A stretch of DNA of 64,000 nt from Tubulanus polymorphus. Its lineage: Eukaryota; Animalia; Nemertea. Below, one piece after another: positions 40,401 to 50,696 of the stretch. The stretch spans positions 23,308,345-23,372,344 of the forward strand of contig NC_134028.1 in the NCBI RefSeq assembly GCF_964204645.1. The letters run 5' to 3'. The notes under the pieces were generated by a model. The model had not been told where the DNA came from. It did not search any database and saw only the letters and a program-made list of their open reading frames with translations. Position numbers and translations under genes: made by a program. Numbering within the stretch: position 1 is the first letter of the stretch; every line of letters starts with the position of its first letter.

Positions 40401-40989
40401 CTTTCTCTAGCTCACAATGATTGATTGTGGCTACTTTTCTGAAATTTCTTCATTCACAATCGCAGCTATTGTGTCTAATAATCGCTTGTTTTGTAGATTT
40501 CTGGTCGAGATATTTTAAATTCGGTTTCACGCGAGATGTCTGGTGACTTAAAGGAAGGATTTGAAGCATTGAGTAAGATTTATATTTACAAAAAGATATA
40601 GCAAGAGTTCGTCGATGGTTCCATGACAAAATACTTATGTTGTTTATGTTTTTAGTTACGAGCGCAAGAAACCGACCGCAATATTTTGCTGATAAACTCT
40701 ACAAAGCAATGAAAGGAGCTGGTACTAATGATTCTGCCCTTATTAGAATCATTGTTTCAAGATCTGAGGTAAGAAAATGATTACAAATAGGATAAAGAAT
40801 GATATGAATTCTTGGCTTTATGTCTCTTTACATTGTTATGTCACTGTATTGCTTTGATTTCAGATCGATTTGAAGAATGTAGCCGACATATTTCTGCAGA
40901 AATACCAGAAAACTTTGTGGAAGATGATTGAAGGTGATACAAGTGGAGACTATAAACGCATCTTACTGGCAATTGTTGGGAATGCATAA
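34461..40989 (+). CDS. ANXA7: Annexin A7-like, unit 1, long isoform (about 647 aa): His/Lys/poly-Ser head, Pro/Gly/Tyr tail and four-repeat core
   Basis: Exons: 34461-34619, 34948-34971, 35337-35372, 36053-36239, 36320-36460, 38285-38437, 38554-38738, 38992-39142, 39212-39306, 39484-39597, 39689-39779, 39862-39941, 40026-40238, 40497-40572, 40656-40768, 40864-40989, all in frame. Annexin motifs [52 protein letters not shown] at 41265. Joining of the 5' exons to the core is inferred from phase and from homologous exons in units 3 and 4. Confidence 0.8.
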
Positions 40990-43480
40990 GAGAAATGATA
41001 CCCATCAAATCAATGTTCATTTATCAATTCTACTGGCTTATCATTGTATATCTATATTTATCAATGGCATTTTTGTGCTTAATATGTAACTGTCTACTAA
41101 TTGTTAACTCTTTATTTCGAATTTAGCTGGAAATTAAGAATTAGTGTTTCACTGAAGTTGTATCAATATATGTACTCTTTATGGCTTATGATGTAATAAT
41201 GAATTGCAATACATGTACATGTAGGCCTATATAATATTTGTTCTTTGTCTAATTACTAACAGCAAATAAAGCGACTGTAGCTGTCAATGTGATGTTCACT
41301 TGTTCATTCTATGTATAGGCCTGCTGACATTACGTATTAATTAAATGTCTAAACATGCTTGGTCAAAGTACGGTCTACTGATCTGGTTACCTACCAAAAC
41401 TTTGCTAAATCATTCATCCATTTTTAAGTCTGTCATGGTGCACATATTTCCATATTATTCCTGTATTTGACGTGCTTATGAAATATGTGCTGAAACTGGC
41501 TTCAAATCAAGACACGTGACAGGATAGTTCTGTCCTACCAGTTCTACCAGTACCACAAAAACTCAAAATCAAGATCAAGTCCTGTTTTTAAGTCCCAATT
41601 CAGGCGCAGATTCGGACGATAGAACCGTAAGCCACACGCTACTCGTCATAAGTCCCTGGATCCGCCCCTGTAGTTTATGTATTTCGAGTAAAATTTAAGT
41701 TTCGATAATTTCTTAACATAATGATCGTCCGAAATTCGACGACTTAGAGTGAATTTCACTGAACATGTATTTCAGAGTGAGCAGAATTATAACAGTAAAG
41801 TGTTTTGAGCAGAATTATAACAGTAAACTGTTTTGTGTATATTTCGCCGCTATTACGGTAATCGTTATTGTCATTTCACAGGCATATCCTCCTCCAACTG
41901 GTTATCCTTATGGTCAGGTATGTTGCGTGCGTGCGTTTTAAGTTTAATCCCTGTGTTCGCCTGGCCTACGAACTATCATCTCAACTTGAGATGTTTGCTC
42001 GTAGGCCTGGCTGACTGAGTCCACTGATACTTCGTTTAGTCCATAAATCTCAATCAAACGGATCCCGTCACAAAAATCAGTATGGCTGAACCCCAGTATA
42101 ACTCTTAACGGAATACTCCACGTAATGATTGATGCTGAATTGACTGAGCCAAACTGACCCCAGAACCCCGACAGTTGACTCCTAATCGTGTTGCATGTTT
42201 TCCTCACTCTAAATACGAATCTTTTGCAGGATATTTGGAGGTATCAAAATCACTGTTTGATGATTTGTGTATGATGTATTTCAGACAGGATATCCTACTG
42301 GACCTCATCCACCTCCACCAGGAACACCTGGTGGATACCCCAGTGCAGTCGATGGCCCAGGATACCCTCCTCCAGGTGGAGCTTATCCCCCACAGGGTGG
42401 GACATACCCCCCACAAAGAGGGGCTTATCCCCCGCCGCCGCAAGGATATCCACCTCAAGGTATGATTATTACATTAAGAATTAGGTAAGCTTCAGCAGAT
42501 ATTCTTATGAGGAAAGATATACCTGATGATATTTGATTTTACTCACATTTCTAGGTGGTTATCCCGTTTATCTCAGAGGACCCCCACCACAAGGAGTTCC
42601 TCCAGGCGGTATGCCCCCAGGCGGAGCACCACCATTCACAGCGCCTCCACCAGGACAGCCGGGTTACCCATACCCTCAATGAAAGTTTGCAAATTATACT
42701 CTTCTTGCTAACTAGATATTCCTAAAAGTAAGCATCCAGCATTATTACTTAATTAAAGGATATTACTTATCAATTATTTCCAGTAATGCTCATTATACTG
42801 ATCTAATTGCTTTAATATTGAACTACGTATTATTCGATACGCATGTTTTCAATGCTGGTAGCTTTTCAAATAGCTTCTAATACAGTTGTCTTACCTGGTA
42901 CTGATATTATCTTCTGCCTACTTCGGTACACCTGACATCATTTATACAATTTTGGATTAACGCATTGTTCATCGTTCAACTCAAACTGATAACTTATTAT
43001 ATTTGGTAACCGTTAACTGCTTCACTACTTAGATACAGTAACATTTCATCTGTCGCTTGATTTGCTAAAGGTAGAATGCTTTTTTCAGCGCTTGTATATA
43101 TTTATCTTTAAGCAGCCGGTGTACCGCCACCTTGTACAGCAGCTTATGATAGCTCTGGCCCTAACTATGGTTCTACGGCTTACTGTGCACCGCCAAGTAT
43201 GGCACAACCTGGTGGTGTCTATAATCAACCGTATCAACCTCCACCAGGACAGAATACCAATCCATACGGTAACTATAGTCATTCTGTAAATCTCATCAAA
43301 TATGTATATAGAAAAATGTACGGTTGATATTACCTACTTAATTTATATATCTATATTTCGAACGGTTTTATTTTAGCCCAAGTTGGAGGGATCGATGCCC
43401 CATCCCAGCAAGCGCCAGTGGGTTACCCAAATTAGCTGCTGCAAGCTTCGGGTTATCCTAGATTTCCACCTGGGCAACCT

Positions 43481-43820
43481 GGAGGCCCACCTGGACAACC
43501 CTGTGGTCCACCACCAGGACCCTCTGCACGCCCACCACCAGCTGTCCCACCACCAACAGGTTATCCTGGAGGTCCACTTAAGCAACCAAGAGCCCCACCC
43601 GGACACCCTGGAGGGCCAACTAAACAACCCGGAGGCCCACCTGGACAGCCCGGTGGTCCACCTCCAGGACCCTCTACAGGCCCGCCACAAGCTGTCCCAC
43701 CACCAGCTGGTTATCCTAGAGGTCCACTTAAGCAACCTGGAGCCCAACCCGGACGGCATGGAGGGCCAACTAAGCAACCTGGAGGACCTGGACAGCCCAG
43801 TGGTCCACGTCCAGGAGGAC
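43481..43820 (+). repeat. 150-bp tandem duplication (about 2.3 copies) in the Pro-rich exon of pseudogene unit 2
   Basis: ggaggcccacctggaca... starts at 43481 and 43631, with a partial third copy at 43781. Confidence 0.85.
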
Positions 43821-44672
43821 TGTTGACTACCCTTGCTTGGAATCTGGCATCTTCATACAAGAAATAAAAGAACGCTAAAACAAAGGGTTACCCGCAATAG
43901 ATAGTTTGTTGTCAAAGTTAGCTAATTTGCGATTAACTCTGAACTGGATTTTTAGACTCCCCAATCCATATGAGTGTTACTAAAACTATGCACTACTAAA
44001 ACGAAGACTGAAGCCCTATGCACTTTGCGAGACTAAAACTATGCATGACTAAAATGAAGACCTATGCAGTCACTAATAATCAAACTATGCACTACTAAAA
44101 CGAAGACCGAAGACCTTTGCACTCATTAGAAATCATCACTAGGGGCGCTATCTGTGTATTTAACCACCTCTGTCGATGAGTATAGGCAATGGGGCCTACT
44201 AGATATAAACATACATAAGGGAACGTAAAATGGTCGGTTATTTTTCTCGGGTGCATAGGTCTTCGTTTTAGTGGTGCATAGTTTGATTTCTAATTAGTGC
44301 ATAGGTCTTCGGTCTTCGTTTTAGTAGTGCATAGTTTGATTTTTAGTGACTGCATAGGTCTTCGTTTTAGTCATGCATAGTTTTAGTAACCCTCAATCCA
44401 TATACGTATTATCACAGCAACCACCAAATTTACAAATCTTTCATTCTTCTACTCGGTATACATAGTTTTCATAATAATAGATTCATTTAAGAGAAAAGTT
44501 CAACGCAGAAAACGCGGACGACCTACTATCTACTAGCGAACCTGGCGGATCCACACCTGCCATACGTGGAATCCTAGCACTGCGGATACCCCATTAACAC
44601 GTAAAAATTTATTCTACAAAACTACGTAACGTGGCGACACTAGTCTTTTACCAACTGACATAATCTGCCGCA
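43821..44672. mobile_element. Solo-LTR-like insertion (TG...CA ends, 5-bp TSD AGGAC) interrupting a unit 2 exon
   Basis: AGGAC at 43816-43820 and 44673-44677. The element begins TGTTGA and ends CCGCA. Exon sequence resumes after it (ctctggaggcccacaccaccagctgccacggg). Confidence 0.6.
43972..44394. mobile_element. Mutator/foldback-like non-autonomous element with long TIRs and 9-bp TSD, nested in the LTR-like insert
   Basis: TSD AATCCATAT at 43963-43971 and 44395-44403. TIR GAG(T/G)GTTACTAAAACTATGCA. The arms are built of ACTAAAACTATGCA and ACTAAAACGAAGAC subrepeats. Confidence 0.8.
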
Positions 44673-45659
44673 AGGACTCTCTGGAGGCCCACACCACCAG
44701 CTGCCACGGGTTAACCACTTGAAATTCTAGTCCAGCAGTGGTCAGATAGATGTAAGAAAATGTGAAAAATGGATGGCAAACTGACAAAATTTGAAAATTT
44801 TAGTAATCGTTTATGTTGTACCTTAATGTAAAAAATGTAAAAAGTCTGGAAATAAAAAATTATATATGTAGAAAATGCGAAAATCTGGTTGTAAAGAAAT
44901 TGTGAAAGAAGTCAATTGTAAGTACATGTATGGGAAAATTCCAGTGTTCACCAATCTCTGACTGAAGATCACCTCCTGGAGCTCCCCAGGTGGGCCCAAA
45001 AATAGCAAATGTTATTCTATCGCAGGTAATGTGTGAACCTTCATATCGGAGGATATTAGTTAAGTAGACTCCTTATCTGCATTCAAAGATTAAAAGAGAC
45101 GTTTTTCAAAGAACAAGAAGAGTTTTTAGAGTTGAATACGCAGCTGGAAGAGTGAAGCGAAGGTGATTGAAAAGCTTTTAGATAGAGAAACGAATACGTC
45201 AATGTTGGATGATAAATCACCAGCAGTTCCTGGACATAATGTAAAGAGAATCCCAATACTAATAACGAAGAAAACAGTCCGAAAATGTTACTGGAGCTAG
45301 TAGTTTATTCGACGTTTCGATAGTCACCTTCAGGAATACGGTCAGGGTTGTGTAATGAGATTACACTTCCCTGGAAATACTAAGACATGTTAGGCGTTAT
45401 AGTACGTTGCGTAATCTCGATATCTAAACATGTTTGGTCAAAGTAGTTCGGTCCACTGAACTGATTTCCTACCAAAACAATTCATAACAATTCATCCATT
45501 TTCATAAGTCTTTCACGGTGCCCACATTTCCAAAAGATTCCTGGAATTGATATGCGTGTAAAATGCACCTTAAAACTGGCTTCGAGCGAAAATACTTCAG
45601 TGCAGTTCTGTCGGGCTCGGTAAACTGTCGTCAAAACTAGTAGAAACCACAAAATCAAA

Positions 45660-48600
45660 ATGGTAAGTTAAGTTGTCACTTTTTTAGTCCTAGTTGATGT
45701 ATTTCATTGGGATAAGTTGTCAACCAACGTACTGATCGTCCCAAAGTGAAAAATTGAGATGATGCACAATATCCTCGTTAGATGGATGCGAGAGAAATGC
45801 CACATTAAAAGATGCAAAATTTAATCATTGCTGAAAATAGAAACTCTTTACTCAAGAAATTTAATCTTTAGCTGAATTATTGTCGGATTTCTCTCGTATA
45901 GACTTGCACTGTATTTTGTAGTGAGCAGAATTTAACAGTTTAAGTGTTTCATATCTAAACTCGCCGCTATTTATCAATATTGTCATTTCACAGGCATATC
46001 CTCCTCCGACTGGTTATCCTTATGGTCAGGTATGTTTTCAATGTTTGTGTGCGCATGTGTTTGAAACCCCTGTATCGCTGCGTTCGTCTGTGGCTGACCG
46101 ACCGAGTCAACTGATACTTCGTTCAGTCCATAAATCTCAATCAAACGGGTTCCGTCAGAATCAATATGGCTGATTTGAACCCCAGTATTACTATAAAACT
46201 CTTACGCAATACACCACGTAATGATTGATACTGAATTGACTGAGCCACAACTGACTCCCGAACCGGATACTCGGTATTACTCTTACGGAATGATTGAATC
46301 AATGGACTCCAAAGTCGGTTCTATGTCGACTGAGTCTACCAAACAACACTGTGTATATAGTTGCATGTTTTCCCCTATACTACTCTAAATATAAATCTAT
46401 TGCCTGGATATTTGAGGTGTCTGAATCAATGTTTGATGATTTGTGTATGATGTATTTCAGAACGGATGTCCCACTGGAACACCTGCACCTCCACCTGGTG
46501 GTTACCCCCCAGCCGGTGGCCCGGGATACCCTTCAGGTGGGGCATACCCCCCTCAGGGAGGGGCTTATCTCCCGCCGCCGCAAGGTGGAATGCCCGGTGG
46601 ATACCCACCTCCAGGTAATTATGGCATAATGATAAGGCTTACGGCGGCTATTCTTGAGGAAACGTATTTTCCTGATGATTAACTTTCATTTCTAGGTGGA
46701 TATCCCGGTGGACCCCCACCACAAGGAGCTCCTCCAGGCGGTAACTATGGTTCTACGCCTTACGGTGCACCGCCGGGTATCGCACCACAAGGGGCTCCTC
46801 CAGGCGGTAACTATGGTTCTACGCCTTACGGTGCACCGCCGGGTATGGCACCACAAGGGCCTCCTCCAGGCGGTAACTATGGTTCTACGCCTTACGGTGC
46901 ACCGCCGGGTATGGCACCACAAGGGGCTCCTCCAGGCGGTAACTATGGTTCTACGCCTTACGGTGCACCGCCGGGTATGGCACCACAAGGGGCTCATCCA
47001 GGCGGTAACTATGGTTCTACGCCTTACGGTGCACCGCCGGGTATGGCACCACAAGGGCCTCCTCCAGGCGGTAACTATGGTTCTACGCCTTATGGTGCAG
47101 CACCGCCAGGTATGGCACAACCTGCTGGTGTCTATAATCAACCGTATCAACCTCCACCAGGACAGAATACCAGTCCATACGGTAACTATAGTCATTCTAC
47201 AAATCTCTTTATCGTTACAGATGCATGTTTGCTTCAATATGCGTAGAAAAAATATGTCCATATTAATTACTTAATTCATTCATTCCCCAAACGGTTTTAT
47301 TTCATCCAGGACCCCCTGGAGGCCAACCACCAGCTGCCACGATTAAACCACAGGTGAATTGAACTTTTAGTTCATCAGTTATCAGATGGATGTAAAAAAT
47401 TGTGAAAATGGATGGCTGTTTAAAAAACTGAAAAAAAAGATTGAAAAAAGAACATAAAAATGCGTGAAAAATTAAAGAAAAAATGTCCGTCAACATATTT
47501 TGTCATACGTGGACGGCACATGCACCAAGCTGTGTTTAGGAAATGTCATTATAATCCGTCCGCTAATGTTGTTGTACTTTGACGTGAAAAAATGTTGAAT
47601 GTCTGGAAAAAGGATGTGAAAATTCCATTGTTCATCAATGATCCCTGGTTCAGTCTCGATAAGCTTCAAAATTGTGCATCAAACCACTGTCTTCTTCTTT
47701 AAGGGTGGAACGGATCCTAATGTGGCTGGAGCGACTGCTTTGGTTGGAAAAATTCAGATTTATGACCCTGCCGAAAAATCTGTCGGCACAGTATTTGCAG
47801 TGAAAGATTTCGACGCTGAAGCAGATTGTGAAGCACTGAGAAAGTGTATGCGTGGAGCGGGTAGGTTGATATTATTCACTCGTTCAATCATGGACTCTAA
47901 AACGAAGAGTCCATGGTTCAATTGTGTAGCAGTTTTGCTATTATTTCACTTTCTTTTTGAAGGAACTGATGAACAAGCCATAATTGATGTCGTGAGCAAA
48001 CGTTCAAATCAGCAACGACAAGCTATTAAGAAGACTTTCAAAACAATGTATGGAAAGGTCAGTTTTTACTGGTTAAGTTTAGGGACTGATTTTATTGACT
48101 GGTATTTTCCTTAACTCGAGGGTTATCTCAATTGAAGTATTGATATCATTCTATAAAACAGGGCCCAGGAATTTCTCCTTTGTTGATGATTAGGCTTTAT
48201 TTATTAAACATTAAACCCCTTACTTTTTGTCTAGGATTTGATAAAAGATCTTAAGTCTGAATTGAGTGGAGACTTTGAGGAAGTAATGTTAGCATTGTTC
48301 GAGCCTACAACATTTTATGACGCTTGGTCTCTGCGGAAAGCGATGCAGGTATGTCTCTCTTAGACATCCCCTTAAACATGACCCGTACCGGGTATTTTAA
48401 AACGGTATATGAATGTTTTTTTTCTAAATGTATGTCCAGGGTGCTGGTACTGCTGAGGCCGTTCTTATTGAAATATTGTGCACACGAACCAATGAGGAAA
48501 TTCAAGAAATCAAAGAATGCTATAAACACAGTAAGAAACCCTGATAAGACCTCTGCAACTGGAATAAGAAGTTATGTGAATTGTTAGTCGTATTTCTTTT

Positions 48601-49726
48601 TCTATTTTCAAGAACTTGGACGTGACTTGGAGAAAGATATAGTCAGCGAAACTAGTGGTCACTTCAAACGTTTACTTGTGTCTTGTTGCCAGGTAAAAAT
48701 CAGTTGGAATACCTGTGTATGTTGAAAAATATCTGTGTAGAATACTTTGATGATATTCTTGTATGTAATTTCTCAGGCCAATCGCGCTGAATTGACACCC
48801 GCCGATTGGGAGAAGGTCTTCAAATCGGGTGCCGAATCGGTTATAGACAGAGATCTAGCCCGGAAAGAAGCTCAACAACTGTTTGAAGCCGGTGAACAGA
48901 AACTCGGAACAGACGAATCGATATTCGTGCGTATAATGACTATTCGACATTTCAATCAACTTCGAGCGACATTTGAGGAATATGCTCGGGTAGGCGTGAT
49001 AGATTTTCATCGGACAATAGCACAAAACTGGGTCGTCTTTTAGACTGGCAACTGATAAAATTAAAACTCACTACATGAAAATTTAAAGATTACAAGCAAA
49101 ATTTATTCATCAAAGGTTAATTCAAAAAATTGAAAGATACAATGTTTCAGACTTTCTCTAGCTAACAATGATTGATTGTGGCTATTTTTCTGAAATTTCT
49201 CCATTCACAATCGCAGCTATTGTGTCTAATATTCGCTTGTTTTGTAGATTTCGGGTCGAGATATTTTAAATTCGGTTTCACGTGAGATGTCTGGTGACTT
49301 AAAGGAAGGATTTGAAGCATTGAGTAAGATTTATATTAACAAAAAGATATACGCAAGGGTTCGTCGATGGTTCCATGACGTAATACTTATCTTGTTTATA
49401 TTTTCAGTTATGAGCGCAAGAAACCGACAGCAATATTTTGCTGATAAACTCTACAAAGCAATGAAAGGAGCTGGTACTAATGATTCTGCCCTTATTAGAA
49501 TCATTGTTTCAAGATCTGAGGTAAGAAAATAATTACAAATAGGATAAAAAATGATATGACTTCTGTGCATTGTTATGTCACTGTATTGCTTTGATTTCAG
49601 CTTGATTTGAAGAATGTAGCCGACATATTTCTGCAGAAATACCAGAAAACTTTGCGGAAGATGATTGAAGGCGATACAAGTGGAGACTATAAACGCATCT
49701 TACTGGCAATTGTTGGGAATGCATAA
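45660..49726 (+). CDS. ANXA7: Annexin A7-like, unit 3 (about 595 aa), intact
   Basis: ATG|GTAAGT at 45660-45662, then exons 45994-46029, 46461-46614, 46696-47181, 47310-47353, 47704-47860, 47963-48057, 48235-48348, 48440-48530, 48613-48692, 48777-48989, 49248-49323, 49408-49520, 49601-49726. Starts [13 protein letters not shown], resembling ANXA7 MSYPGYPPTGY. AATAAA at 49998. Confidence 0.85.
46719..47117 (+). repeat. Coding minisatellite, 6 x 66 bp (22-aa unit [22 protein letters not shown])
   Basis: Units start at 46719, 46785, 46851, 46917, 46983 and 47049 and are near-identical. Confidence 0.95.
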
Positions 49727-50696
49727 GAGAAATGATACCCATCAAATCAATGTTCATTTTTCAATTCTACTGGCTTATCACTGTATATCTATATTCATCG
49801 ATGGCGCATATATCTCTTGTCGTCTATCATTGTTAACTTATTATTTCGAAATTAGCTCGATATTGATAATTAGACTTTCACATAAATGATATATATCAAT
49901 ATGCATATGATGATATGTAGAATCTTTATGGCTTATGATGTAATAATGAATTGTGTTAAATGATTCTGTTGTAGTTCTTTGTCTTTTATTTACCGCAAAT
50001 AAAGCGACTGTAGCTTTCGATGTACATATATCGCTACGTCTTCAATAGCATTTTGTATCCGGGTTATGCGTCTCCACTACGCTCGAAACACGGGGGTTCA
50101 ATGCAGAGTTTTCCGCAAAACCCGGGTTTTAGAAACTCTTCTCGAAAAAGAAGGGTACACTCCGCATTGCTCATTCTGTGCATATGAATGAACTTTCTTC
50201 TAATTATAAACCTCTAGAAAATAAGATAAGCATTTCAGAATTCATTGTACGTTGTAGTTCCGTGTGTACCTGTTTTGGGAAAGTTCCGCCACATTTTCAT
50301 CTTACTGGATAAACAAACTTTTCACTTATGAGAATGAAATTAGTATAAATTAGTAATGCTTTGGGAGGAAATGATCAAAAATCTTTGACTGCGGAGCATA
50401 CAAAGTCTTTGTTTCGGTTATAATCTTCGGAGAAGCTGGTCGTGAATTTCGGAACACCAAAAACCGGCTAGTGGCTAATAGCCAAACATGTTTGGAAGAC
50501 TTGGTCACCAACCAAAACTATTGCAAACTATTCATCCATTTTCACAAGTATTCCACGGTGTACACATTTCCATAGCATTCCTGAATATATTCCTGCCTAT
50601 AAGAATTCCTTAAAAAAACTGGTTTGGAATCACAACACTTCACTTCACAGTTCACTTCTGTCGTACACTCAGTTCAATTAGTACCACAAATTCAAA

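Larger units (their letters stand above)
41568..44960 (+). pseudogene. Annexin array unit 2: truncated pseudogene, N-terminal exons only
   Basis: Start exon ATG|GTAAGT is decayed to ATCAAGATC (41568). Exon homologues at 41882-41917, 42285-42459, 42555-42680, 43116-43268 and 43377 onward. Donor GTAAG is changed to GAAAG (42681), creating TGA. Nonsense TAG at 43433, transposon insertion at 43821-44672, and homology ends about 44960, before the first core exon. Confidence 0.8.

Noticed and set aside
46719-47117. CRISPR-like regular repeat
   Set aside because: There are no unique spacers, the repeat is in-frame coding sequence, and the context is eukaryotic.
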